64,000 bases of DNA. Origin: a virus (Duplodnaviria > Caudoviricetes). The first letter of the stretch is position 1, and every line of letters begins with the position of its first letter. The notes beneath the pieces are model-generated. The model saw only the letters and a program-made list of their open reading frames with translations. It searched no databases and was not told the origin of the DNA. Positions 37,708 through 47,358 of this stretch are shown in pieces. Both the position numbers and the translations under genes were made by a program. The stretch covers positions 32,001-96,000 of the IMG/VR virus record IMGVR_UViG_3300013121_000005; one strand, 5' to 3'.

Positions 37708-39222
37708 GTGTGGGATACCAAGTACAGACCTCTTAGGTTTTCGGATGTACTTGGACAGCCAGGCGCTGTCCAAATTCTCAAGTCTAGGTTGAGAAATGGT
37801 ACTGCGCTTGACACCAGCTACTTGTTCTGTGGGGGGCCGGGCCAAGGGAAAACAACCTTGGCCCGTATCCTTGCGAGAGCAGTACTTTGTCAACAGCTCA
37901 ACAAGGAAGATCCCGACCCGTGTAATGAGTGCGACAATTGCAGAGCGGTTTTGACAGATACCTCAACAGCCTTTGTTGAAAAGGATGCTGCTAGTCAAGG
38001 TACGATCGATCATATGCGTAGGATCGTTGAGGAGCTTCCCTTTGCGGTCTTTGGGGCGCCTAAGCGGGTCTATCTTTTTGACGAGTGCCATCGAATGAGC
38101 AAGGATGCTCAGGATGTTCTCCTCAAGCCTCTTGAGGAGAAGAAGATGGTTGGGATGTTTTGCACTACGGAGCCTGAAAAAGTACGTGGTGCAATTCGCT
38201 CACGTTGTGAGGAGTACGCCATCCGAAAGGTGACCCGGGAGGACATCCTTGTCCGAATGCGGGGGGTTCTTCAATCAGAGGGGGTCGAATTTGAGGATGA
38301 TGCGGTCCTCATTGTGATTGATTACTCCGGAGGTCATGTCCGTGACGTGTTGAACCGTCTGGAGATGGTGGCTCAGATGGGGCCGGTGACTGTAGAGAGC
38401 GTTAGGGACCATCTGAATCTTTCAGTCATTTCAACATACTATGAGATTCTCCTTAACCTCTTTAGTAATACTAAAGAGGCCCTTATCCTTATTGACAAGG
38501 CGTGTGAGCGAGTAACTCCAGAAGAAGTTGCTTCTGGCATCGCTGAAGCCGCAATGAATGCCTACCGTTTGGCTTCGGGGATGGTTGCAGACTTTACCTT
38601 TTCCGATAAGGCTTTGGGTGCTAAAGCTCACCAACTATATGGGGATGGGTTGGTTAAAATAGCTGAGCATTTTGTGCAGTCTAGGCGTAATTCAACCCAT
38701 ATTGGGTTGGTGTGTGATGTTGTAGCTCTTGCTGGGGGGATGCCCGTAGCACCTTCCCCCGCTTTTTCTGTACCCCTTTTTTCTCCTCCTTCCCCCGGTC
38801 CTTCTGCAAGTCCCCCTCCTAGCCCTTCTGCAAGTCCCCCTAGCCCTTCTGCAAGTCCCCCTAGCCCTTCTGCAAGTCCCCCCAGCTCAGGCCCTTCCCC
38901 TAACCCTCCCTCAGGCCCTGCATCTCCTGCTAGGGTTGTAGTTAGTCCGTCTGGGGCCAAATATGTCCCTCAGCCAATAGTGGCTACTGTGGGAAGGCCC
39001 GATGGAGTTGGTAACCTTTCTTCCGGGGACCCCTGTGCTCTTAGTGAGTTAGACGCTGAGGTGATTCAGGTTGGGTACAAACCGAATGGTTCCCACACTA
39101 AGAAGCAGCTTATCCATTACGGTCAGTTTCGGGCGAAGGATGGTCGTGACATCTTGCCCTCTTCAGTATGGAAGAGAGGTTTTGAGTCCCTTTGGTTGAC
39201 TCGGGGGCAAAGTGACTCCTGA
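37708..39222 (+). CDS. dnaX: DNA polymerase III gamma/tau subunit
   Basis: KYRP..F.DVLGQ, GPGQGKTT, PCNECDNC, DECH, SRC. Confidence 0.93.
   Translation: MWDTKYRPLRFSDVLGQPGAVQILKSRLRNGTALDTSYLFCGGPGQGKTTLARILARAVLCQQLNKEDPDPCNECDNCRAVLTDTSTAFVEKDAASQGTIDHMRRIVEELPFAVFGAPKRVYLFDECHRMSKDAQDVLLKPLEEKKMVGMFCTTEPEKVRGAIRSRCEEYAIRKVTREDILVRMRGVLQSEGVEFEDDAVLIVIDYSGGHVRDVLNRLEMVAQMGPVTVESVRDHLNLSVISTYYEILLNLFSNTKEALILIDKACERVTPEEVASGIAEAAMNAYRLASGMVADFTFSDKALGAKAHQLYGDGLVKIAEHFVQSRRNSTHIGLVCDVVALAGGMPVAPSPAFSVPLFSPPSPGPSASPPPSPSASPPSPSASPPSPSASPPSSGPSPNPPSGPASPARVVVSPSGAKYVPQPIVATVGRPDGVGNLSSGDPCALSELDAEVIQVGYKPNGSHTKKQLIHYGQFRAKDGRDILPSSVWKRGFESLWLTRGQSDS
38800..38885 (+). repeat. 21-nt tandem repeats encoding PSASPPS
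   Basis: CCCTTCTGCAAGTCCCCCTAG units. Confidence 0.88.
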
Positions 39223-41077
39223 GTGGGTAGTTCTGGAGCTTAGCCCACAAGGAGAAGAAGAGGACCCCGAAGTTCTTCTGTCTGCGTTGAAGCGGCGTCT
39301 CCGAGTGGAAGTGGAAGTCTTTGTTCCAGCCTCGGTTTCGATTGTGGGGGACAGTCGCATATCCCATAAGTTGATTGACAACTATGTGTTTGTTCGGCGT
39401 ACCCTTAGGGACTCGGCTTACCTACAGCTAGAGGGCACGAAGTATGTTTCTTCTGTCCTGACTGCTAGAAAAGGGCGTGTCCGTCACATTGTATGTGTGA
39501 CGGACAAGGACATCGACCAGATGCGTCGCCAGATATCGGTCGAGACAGAGCAAGGTATCAATGTTGGGGACGAAGTTCAGGTAATGAGTGGCCCTTACAA
39601 GGGCATCAATGGCAGAGTCATCGAGGAAATTCCCGAGACGGATTCTGTTCAAGTATACATTCAACTCAGGTCGAAACAGGCAATTGTTACCCTCCCTCGA
39701 TCCTTTCTTTGGTTCGTCTCTAAGGAAAACAGTGCGGAGGTGCCTGTTTTCTCTCCGTTCCTCAATAAGATCATTCGGGTTCGGGAATGGGTCAAGGGGA
39801 TCAGGCCAGTAGTTCTGTGGACCTCTAAGAATTGGATTCCGATTGCGGCACAGCTTTCAAAGCATGCCCGGATTTCGGAGTGGGTTGAGCGTGGGGCCCG
39901 CCTTTTTAGGGAGCTGCAAGCTCCTTCTGTCGACTCCCTCCAGCGGAAGTACCTAAAGGTTCAGAGGCAGACAGAGCTTATTAGTAAGCTCCCTGCTTTT
40001 TTCGAGCTTTTGTCGCTAGGTCAGGGGTTAGAGAAGACTCAGTTAGTTACGGGGGCGCTTAGTGCAAAGCTAAAAGAAGTCCAACGATTTCATGACGTTA
40101 TGTCTCGTTTCGAGGCTATACAGGAGGCCGTTGGGGGTATAGAGGCAGCTCTTGTGGAATGGAGACTCGATATGGTGGAAAATCTCTTGTTCGATGGTCA
40201 TAATCTTGCCTATCGGGTTATGTATGCGTTGGGGGCAATGCGTGTACCTCTAACCGACCCTGAAGGTCAGCCTACGGGTATGATCTATGGCTTTTTGAAG
40301 AGTTTGGCAGGGTTCAAGAAGCGGTTCCCTAATGCTAAACTGCATGTAATTTGGGATGGGTCCCCTCAACGTAGGGTGCTCCTATACCAAGGCTACAAGG
40401 CTAATCGACGTAAGGCAGATGGTTCTTCGTCCTCTAACCCTCAAGCAGATACTCAGATGGCGAGGCTGCGGGGCATTCTTGGCTCTCTGGGGGTTTACCA
40501 GGCGTGCAACCAAGATGAAGAGACTGATGATGTCATTGCTTGTTTGGTCCGAGGTAAGCTCAAGGGGCAACGCAACATCATCGTTTCGACCGATCGTGAC
40601 TTCTTGCAGCTAGTCACCTACACAGACCTACTTCTAACCCCAAAAGTTGGAAATCGTCCGGAGACCCTTTACGACCGGGATAAGGTTGTGGAAGAATATG
40701 GGGTCACTCCTGACCGTATGGTTCATCTCCGTGCCCTACTCGGCGATTCGTCCGACAATATCCCAGGGGTTCCTAGGGTCCCCACAAAGGTTCTTACAGC
40801 TCTTGTGAACACACACGGAACCGTGGATGCTCTATGTGCCTCAAGTTTGGCGGGAGTTACTCCTGCTCAATATGAGAAGATTCGGGCAGCGGAAGAGCAG
40901 ATTCGTCTGAACGTTGAACTCATGACTCTTCGTACCGATCTCTCGTTCGAGGAGAGTCCAGTAGAACCAAATGCCCCTCGTGTGTCGGAGTTTTTAGGGG
41001 GTTTGAACATTCAAGCCGAGCCAATCATCGGGCCGTTTTTTCAAGAGGGTTCCCAAGGTTTCCTGAAAAGTTCCTAG
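39212..41077 (+). CDS. NusG-family (NGN plus KOW) domain fused to 5'-3' exonuclease/flap endonuclease
   Basis: WVVL..EVFVP..NYVFV, GDEVQVMSGPYKG; DGHNL, YKANR, ETDD, TDRD, GDSSDNIPGV. Confidence 0.88.
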   Translation: MTPEWVVLELSPQGEEEDPEVLLSALKRRLRVEVEVFVPASVSIVGDSRISHKLIDNYVFVRRTLRDSAYLQLEGTKYVSSVLTARKGRVRHIVCVTDKDIDQMRRQISVETEQGINVGDEVQVMSGPYKGINGRVIEEIPETDSVQVYIQLRSKQAIVTLPRSFLWFVSKENSAEVPVFSPFLNKIIRVREWVKGIRPVVLWTSKNWIPIAAQLSKHARISEWVERGARLFRELQAPSVDSLQRKYLKVQRQTELISKLPAFFELLSLGQGLEKTQLVTGALSAKLKEVQRFHDVMSRFEAIQEAVGGIEAALVEWRLDMVENLLFDGHNLAYRVMYALGAMRVPLTDPEGQPTGMIYGFLKSLAGFKKRFPNAKLHVIWDGSPQRRVLLYQGYKANRRKADGSSSSNPQADTQMARLRGILGSLGVYQACNQDEETDDVIACLVRGKLKGQRNIIVSTDRDFLQLVTYTDLLLTPKVGNRPETLYDRDKVVEEYGVTPDRMVHLRALLGDSSDNIPGVPRVPTKVLTALVNTHGTVDALCASSLAGVTPAQYEKIRAAEEQIRLNVELMTLRTDLSFEESPVEPNAPRVSEFLGGLNIQAEPIIGPFFQEGSQGFLKSS

Positions 41078-41107
41078 TTAACCAAATGGACGTGGGAGGA
41101 GAACGCG

Positions 41108-41722
41108 ATGGGTGGGTATGTCATTTCCGTTGATCCCGCAGAACTAGCCAATCGGTTCTCTACCCCTGCAAAAGAATTTGAGGAAGAGGAGGAGAAAGTC
41201 AGTTCAACGGCGATTCCTCTGGACTATGAAAGTCAGATCGAACCCCTGTTGTGTCGAATCCCTGAACGTGAAGCGGATCTGATATCCCTCTACTTCATTC
41301 AAAAGAAGCGTCAGGCGGATATTGCAGAGATTTTTGGGGTGACTCAGGCTGCAATTAGCTACCGTCTCGATCGTGGTCTCCAACGAATCCGATTTCTCTT
41401 GTCAATCCCTCAGGTCACTGAAGAGGAAATGCGAGAGGTTTTACCTGAGGTGCCCTTTCGGCCTATTGATGTGGACATTCTGATTGGAATGTGGGAAACA
41501 ACCTGTCAATCAGAAGTCGCAACTCGGTTGGGGCTTACTCAGGGTCGAGTGAGACATCGGTTCTTTGGGGCAGTGAAGACTCTTGGGAAGCGGGCTGAGG
41601 AGGATGAGCGATTCGTCCCTTACAGCAAGGTCTTTTCTGCTATCGCTTCCAAGAAGTTCAATATTCTGCGTGAGGTCAGGTTACCTCAGTGGGCTAATCG
41701 AGGTGGTGACGGCTGTTTTTAG
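41108..41722 (+). CDS. Sigma-70 region 4-like tandem HTH regulator
   Basis: QADIAEIFGVTQAAIS and QSEVATRLGLTQGRV. Confidence 0.75.
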   Translation: MGGYVISVDPAELANRFSTPAKEFEEEEEKVSSTAIPLDYESQIEPLLCRIPEREADLISLYFIQKKRQADIAEIFGVTQAAISYRLDRGLQRIRFLLSIPQVTEEEMREVLPEVPFRPIDVDILIGMWETTCQSEVATRLGLTQGRVRHRFFGAVKTLGKRAEEDERFVPYSKVFSAIASKKFNILREVRLPQWANRGGDGCF

Positions 41723-41787
41723 GTAGCGGGGTGGCGAGGCTAGGGTTTCCCAGTTTCTTCTTATGCCTTGGGCTTTGAAGAGGAACC

Positions 41788-42687
41788 GTGCTCGTCACAA
41801 GCCTACAGAGTCACGATTACAAGTTCGTGTTTGACACCCCTGCTGGCAGGTGGAAGTGGGTAACTCGCCTTGATGTGTCGCAGGCAACCCCCTCCTTTTC
41901 TGTAAGGGACATCGTTTCACCTTACGGGCTACTTCGAGATTCAATTCCGATTCCGGGTGAGATCATCACTGCGATGGCGGAATCGATTACGGAACTTCGG
42001 TCTAACTTTACGCCCTCTATCTTGGTAGGGCCTCCCCCAGCTCTTACCTTTACGGTGGATGAGGGGCGTGGTTTTAGTCCGGGTGTAGCTGTAACCCTCA
42101 CGAATAATGGGACGTATGGTTCCATTCTTGGGGCAACGCTTACGAAGTCGGCGTCGTACTTGCGAGTCACTCCAGCTAGTGTGGGGGGTCTTGCCATCAA
42201 TGAGGCAGGGCAGTTTACTGTTGAGGTGGACTCCACCTCTCTCCTAGCTACTTCGAGCCCGTACAATGAGACTGTTACAGTACAGGACTCGGCAGCGAGT
42301 AATAGCCCCCAGGTCTTTCCGGTTACTGTCGTAGTTAGGCCGAAGGCTACAATTACTGTGACCCCTACTGCGCGGTCTTTTAGCGTAGTCAAACCCCTCA
42401 CCGGAGCGTTTCCGGCAATCGCGGACCAGACCTTTGTGGTTCAGAATACGGGGCCTGCTGGGTCGGTATTGAGTTTTCAAATTCAGAAGCTTACGGGCTT
42501 GTCTGATTGGTTGGTGGCCTTTTTGCCAGCTTCAGATACTTTGAGTTCGGGGCAGAGCGATACCATTACGGTTAGTGTACAGCCTCCAAGTACAATGTTG
42601 CCTGGGACTTACACTGAAAAGCTGAGGGTTTCTGGGTATAGCACGAACTCTTACGTGGATGTTGATATTCAACTTGTGATTACGTGA
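41788..42687 (+). CDS. Ig-like (BACON-type) domain protein, probably virion
   Basis: Two Thr/Val-rich Ig-like repeats ending PGTYTEKL. Confidence 0.7.
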   Translation: MLVTSLQSHDYKFVFDTPAGRWKWVTRLDVSQATPSFSVRDIVSPYGLLRDSIPIPGEIITAMAESITELRSNFTPSILVGPPPALTFTVDEGRGFSPGVAVTLTNNGTYGSILGATLTKSASYLRVTPASVGGLAINEAGQFTVEVDSTSLLATSSPYNETVTVQDSAASNSPQVFPVTVVVRPKATITVTPTARSFSVVKPLTGAFPAIADQTFVVQNTGPAGSVLSFQIQKLTGLSDWLVAFLPASDTLSSGQSDTITVSVQPPSTMLPGTYTEKLRVSGYSTNSYVDVDIQLVIT

Positions 42688-42694
42688 GGGCAGG

Positions 42695-42961
42695 ATGTCT
42701 AGGGACTACGACCTTGGTTTGTTTGAAGTTCAGGGCTCTTCTGGGTTGGATTCCTTCTTTGCCAGAGAGCCTGAAATTGTGACTCCTCGTTCTCGGCGTA
42801 AGATTGCGTCGATTCAGGACCTTTCAGCTTTTGTCCGGATCGGAGCTGACCAGTTGGTTCATAAGGCAGATAGAGACCTTTGGGCAATCAAGCGTGATGC
42901 GCAAGGTACCCTATCCATTGAACGACAGTTTGACGATAATGGTCAACCTCTACGCTTTTGA
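42695..42961 (+). CDS. Hypothetical protein
   Basis: ORF with RBS. Confidence 0.7.
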   Translation: MSRDYDLGLFEVQGSSGLDSFFAREPEIVTPRSRRKIASIQDLSAFVRIGADQLVHKADRDLWAIKRDAQGTLSIERQFDDNGQPLRF

Positions 42962-42971
42962 GGGGTTTTGA

Positions 42972-44324
42972 GTGAACACTCGGCAAAGAGTTAGGGTAGT
43001 TGTTGCAAGGGAGGGAGGTGCGCCTCTTCCTCTTGATTCTGATGGGTCGTCCTCTGGGAAGCGAGCGATCCCGTCTAAGCATCGCTTTGACCCTAAGGCT
43101 TTAAAGTCTCTAGCGAGAGCCCTTTTCTCGGCTAGTGTGGCTTTGGGGCATTCTGTTACAGCGTACAAGGTATTTGCTCGTATCAAGTCGGCCAGCATTT
43201 CTCCTGATGGGATGCTTGGGGGTCGAGGGTACGTTCTGCAAGTTAAAGAGGTTCGGGCGAAGCTTCAGCAGGCATGCGAGCTTCTTTCTGCTGTTACTGA
43301 TACGATGCATGATGAGATTAATGCTCCGCATTGGAAGCCTAAGCTTGGTGAGCTTGGTGCAAATGATGCGGAGGATATCCTTGAGCTTCTTGGTGAAGCG
43401 GACGATGTTCTGAAAGACCCTGAGGCATTTGGCGACAAGGGTCTGGAACAGGTAGAGGAAAAGAATGATGGCCCTAAGGGTACTTCTAACGCTTTGAAGT
43501 GGAAGGACACTGAAGAGGGATCTCAAATGCCTGGGGGCGAGGAATCTCGCCCTCCCAAGGAAACCTCTAAGTTGGCCAATAGTTCGGTCCCCGTGACAAC
43601 TCTTCCGGGACCCCGAGTGGATCATTTGGATCGTGGGGAGCAGCTTGGTCCAGGGGGGTCTTATAATAGGGATGAGCCCCCGGTAGAAGATGCTTGGGGT
43701 CTTCCAACTGGGGATGAGATTTACGAAGGGTCAAGTTCTTTGACCGGGACCTGGGGTGTTCAGCTCGCTGCTGAAGGGGCTTGGGGTGCAGCGGCCTTGC
43801 CTGACGGCAAAGGGGATGGGACAGCTACCCAGGCAGATGATTTTGGTCTTGGTTACGGGGCGAAGGGTCAGGGTTCTCAAGGGTATGGTACCCGTAGCCC
43901 TGATGGTCATGGTGTGTGGGGCCCTGCAAGTGGTTTGCCCCATGACCCTAAGACTCCAACCCGAGACCCAGAGGAAGGTGCTACGCCTTACCTGGATGGG
44001 ATTGGGCGTAATGTATGGGCGTGTGATTCTGGTTGCTCTTGTTCCCAATCCAAGTTGCCTTTTGACGGACCTGACGAGGTTGCTCGATCAGACTACTACA
44101 GGGAGGATCGGGGCAACCAGTTCAATGTGAACCGTTCTGCTTGGCGTCCTGTGGAGTCTGACTCTACTCTACCTGGGGATCAGGGCTCTGCGTACAACTT
44201 TGACCGAGATTTACCTGATGTTGGGGGTAAGCTGGAACGACAGGATGTGCCCTATGTCAAGTACGATTGGGGTACCCATCAGTATCGCCATGATAAGCAG
44301 GATCTTTGGGGCGTGACAAAGTAA
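42972..44324 (+). CDS. Hypothetical protein with disordered Gly/Asp-rich C-terminus, probable head protein
   Basis: 450-aa ORF in morphogenesis cluster. Confidence 0.7.
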   Translation: MNTRQRVRVVVAREGGAPLPLDSDGSSSGKRAIPSKHRFDPKALKSLARALFSASVALGHSVTAYKVFARIKSASISPDGMLGGRGYVLQVKEVRAKLQQACELLSAVTDTMHDEINAPHWKPKLGELGANDAEDILELLGEADDVLKDPEAFGDKGLEQVEEKNDGPKGTSNALKWKDTEEGSQMPGGEESRPPKETSKLANSSVPVTTLPGPRVDHLDRGEQLGPGGSYNRDEPPVEDAWGLPTGDEIYEGSSSLTGTWGVQLAAEGAWGAAALPDGKGDGTATQADDFGLGYGAKGQGSQGYGTRSPDGHGVWGPASGLPHDPKTPTRDPEEGATPYLDGIGRNVWACDSGCSCSQSKLPFDGPDEVARSDYYREDRGNQFNVNRSAWRPVESDSTLPGDQGSAYNFDRDLPDVGGKLERQDVPYVKYDWGTHQYRHDKQDLWGVTK

Positions 44325-44335
44325 GGTGCGTAACA

Positions 44336-46345
44336 ATGTCTACTGAGTTAGACCTTTCTGAATTTCTGAAGGCAGGCGCGGTGTCCAACCTGGATTGGTT
44401 GGAGGTCAACGAGGAAGACTACCGACGTCTAGACCGTCTGCCAAAGCAGAACCTTGATTTTGCTCCGGATCTTGAGGCTATGTGGGCTCATGAGGGTAAG
44501 TCTGCGAGTGCCCACCTAGTTCCAAATTCGGGTGCCCCTCGACCTGCGGACTTGAGCGAGGTGGGAGTCTCGAAGGAGTCTTCAGAGCAGGTCCTTAGAG
44601 TTGCTCGTCTTGCTTTGATGCAGTCGAGAGACCTGCAAAAGTTCAAACACGCCTTGGTATCTCGGTTCGACAAGACGGTCCTTCGAGCTTCTCGGGGTGC
44701 CCTCGCTTCTCTACTCCAAGAGCGTGGGCTTCTTGGGTCGTATTACCTCGATGCGGCTGACTTTCCTGGGTGCCATCAGGCACCCAAGAAGGTGCTCGCC
44801 TTCGTTAGGAAGTACGCGAGTAGCTCACTGTTTGTTGTCTCGAAGAGTCAGTGCCAAGGTTGTGTCCATGCCGGGGACACCTGTGGGGTGTTCCAAAAGA
44901 AGCTTGTTTTGGAGGTCCCTTACTCAGAGAGTCTGGCAAAGGCTGTTGAGCGTTCACAGTCGTCTAAGGGTAAGCAAGTCCAAGCTAATACGACCGCCGA
45001 CCCTAAGGATAGGATTCGTCTAGCCTTTTTGGCGGATGATGTGTCGGTAGTGGGGTCTGCGGAAACCCCAAAGCCAATTCTCAACCCCTCTCAACAACTC
45101 CGTGAGGTAAAGGCTCCTGGTAGGGTTCATCTTCCTGTACTTAGCTCAGAGCAGCAGCGTCTCATTGAAGCTGAACAGGCTTGGGAGCCCGAGATTGCAG
45201 CGGGCAAGACGGCTTCTTCCAAAGTTAAGGAAAGCAGGACAGCATTCGAGATCGTAAACCTTCTTCGTCGTGAAATGCTTAGGGGTCGAGGTGAGTCTGA
45301 GCTGTTGCAATCCTTGAAGCTTTCCTTCAGCTTGGCAGATTTGAAGGCAACTCGGGCTTCTTGGGAGCCTCTTTTCAAGCAGGCAGGCTTTTACGGTACG
45401 ATTTATGCAACTCAGACCTCATTCGACGATTGTCCTACGGGAGCTGACTTCCTTGCGAAGTTTAACCCTAGCCTCAAGGTGATCGTTGCTGGGGGTAAGT
45501 GCCAGGGTTGTTTCTACAACAAGATGGCCCGGTGCATGATGTATGGGCGTCCTTTGGTAGCTCGGGCTGAGGATGCTTTCACTCCTGAGGTGGTTCAGAG
45601 TGTTATTTGGGAACACCGATTGGCTGGGCGCTTGAGTACAGGGGCCGATAAGGTTGTGTGGGGCTCAACTCCACAAGAAGCACTGAAGGCAATCTACCGA
45701 GTTGCCTCGGAAGCTAATCAACCGAAGAAGTCTTCGTCAGTTAGGTCGTACGTTGAGCAAGCTTTTCGTGGGAAGGACCACAGGCATGTTACAGCAGGTC
45801 TCACGAAGCGGGAGATTCTGAGGGCTACAACTCGGTATCTCAATGAAGGTCTGTATGGTGCTCAACTTGAAGAGGCTCTTAGGCGTCGGTTTGACCCTAG
45901 AGATTTGGTTGCCTCTCGTGAGGACTTGAAGAGTGTTATGGCTGAGCAGGGGCTACAGGGGATTTACTTCGTAGACCCTACAATTTACGAGGACTACGCT
46001 AAGGGTTGCGAGGAAGGTGCTCGTCTTCATCGGGCTCGCCTGGTTCCGTATGTTAAGTTGGGCTCGAAGTGCTCGACTTGTATTAGCCAGTCGAACCCAG
46101 GGACCTGTTCCAAGTATAACAAGCCGCTTGTTGTGGATCCTCCCTATGCGGACAAGCAGGCTCAGCAACGTGAGATCCTTGACTCTGGCAATTCTACGGA
46201 AGTCTCTCTTGCTAGCCTCATGAATGGGAGCAAGTCGATTGTGGCTGAGTTTGGAATGCAGAGCATGACTATTGATTTGGACCCTGAGCCCGTGAAGGGC
46301 CCACAGGTTCAAGTGGAGCTTGGTGGTACCAAGTTTGATCTATGA
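44336..46345 (+). CDS. Protein with three Cys-rich internal repeats
   Basis: Three G.(L/Y)G..Y...C...CxxC...C modules. Confidence 0.75.
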   Translation: MSTELDLSEFLKAGAVSNLDWLEVNEEDYRRLDRLPKQNLDFAPDLEAMWAHEGKSASAHLVPNSGAPRPADLSEVGVSKESSEQVLRVARLALMQSRDLQKFKHALVSRFDKTVLRASRGALASLLQERGLLGSYYLDAADFPGCHQAPKKVLAFVRKYASSSLFVVSKSQCQGCVHAGDTCGVFQKKLVLEVPYSESLAKAVERSQSSKGKQVQANTTADPKDRIRLAFLADDVSVVGSAETPKPILNPSQQLREVKAPGRVHLPVLSSEQQRLIEAEQAWEPEIAAGKTASSKVKESRTAFEIVNLLRREMLRGRGESELLQSLKLSFSLADLKATRASWEPLFKQAGFYGTIYATQTSFDDCPTGADFLAKFNPSLKVIVAGGKCQGCFYNKMARCMMYGRPLVARAEDAFTPEVVQSVIWEHRLAGRLSTGADKVVWGSTPQEALKAIYRVASEANQPKKSSSVRSYVEQAFRGKDHRHVTAGLTKREILRATTRYLNEGLYGAQLEEALRRRFDPRDLVASREDLKSVMAEQGLQGIYFVDPTIYEDYAKGCEEGARLHRARLVPYVKLGSKCSTCISQSNPGTCSKYNKPLVVDPPYADKQAQQREILDSGNSTEVSLASLMNGSKSIVAEFGMQSMTIDLDPEPVKGPQVQVELGGTKFDL

Positions 46346-46731
46346 GCGATGATGCTCTCATTCTTCGGGTTGCAGCTCGCTTTCTTCACGCTGATCAGCC
46401 CCCTGGTCAGCGTCGTCGAGACAAATCCTTAGTGAAACCGGTCAACCCTCCTAAGGGGATCGACCGTAGTATCGCTAAAGAACATGGTCAACCCATGGAG
46501 GATGCCCATGATGAGGTGGTATCTCCAGATCGTCGAGACCTCCGTCCTATAGACTTGTTTGTCCCGAAGCCAGATCAGGTTAGTGTCCGAAATTTGGCTG
46601 AGACTGGTCGTGATTTGGCAAGAGCTATCCAGAAACAGATTCCAAAGGACAAGGGCTATGCTACAGTAAGGAATCTGTCTCAGTATCTTATCGAGACTGA
46701 GGGCGGTGGCGGTACTCCTCGAATTCAGTGA
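46342..46731 (+). CDS. Hypothetical protein with N-terminal RVAARF motif
   Basis: Coupled ORF. Confidence 0.7.
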   Translation: MSDDALILRVAARFLHADQPPGQRRRDKSLVKPVNPPKGIDRSIAKEHGQPMEDAHDEVVSPDRRDLRPIDLFVPKPDQVSVRNLAETGRDLARAIQKQIPKDKGYATVRNLSQYLIETEGGGGTPRIQ

Positions 46732-47357
46732 GGTTAGCTATGAAGGACGGGACTGTTGTGGATGAGACTACTGTGGAAGAAGAGGGGGTTGATGCAGTAG
46801 GCTCTGTATTGCAGTTTGTACCGGTTCAACATGCCCCTAGGACTGGCAAAAACGATCTGAAGGTCAAACGGGGTCCAGGTCGTCCTAGGAAGGTTGAGCG
46901 TGCTCCAACAGTTAGTGACCTGGAGTACCATGCGCTGATGGCTGAGGAGCGGCAGAAATTCATTGGTTCTGACGCACTAGTTAAAGCTATCGAGGAACAT
47001 GGGGATGCGCTTGGTATCCTTCACCTAATCAAGAAGGAGGTGGCTCGTGAGGCTGCTAGCCTTCATTTTGAGCGGATTGAGACAGAGAAGCGAGGCCGGG
47101 ACACGGGTCAAGTCTCGACTCGTCGTGTTGAGGCGCTTAAGAAGATCGCGGACATCGAGTTGAAGATCAAGGAGATTGACTCGGAGTCTGTCAATCTTTC
47201 GAGTGAACGGATGCAGAAGGTCTTTAGCCTTTGGGTTGAGACCATGCGTGAGGTTGCCCAGGAGATCCTCCCCCAAGAGACATTAGACCTCTTTTTCAAT
47301 CGTTTTGCGACTGCAATGGATGGTTGGGAGGAGCGAGCGGCGAATAAGTTGAGGTAG
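46728..47357 (+). CDS. Probable terminase small subunit with AT-hook
   Basis: KRGPGRPRK, helical, directly upstream of TerL. Confidence 0.55.
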   Translation: MRLAMKDGTVVDETTVEEEGVDAVGSVLQFVPVQHAPRTGKNDLKVKRGPGRPRKVERAPTVSDLEYHALMAEERQKFIGSDALVKAIEEHGDALGILHLIKKEVAREAASLHFERIETEKRGRDTGQVSTRRVEALKKIADIELKIKEIDSESVNLSSERMQKVFSLWVETMREVAQEILPQETLDLFFNRFATAMDGWEERAANKLR

Positions 47358-47358
47358 T

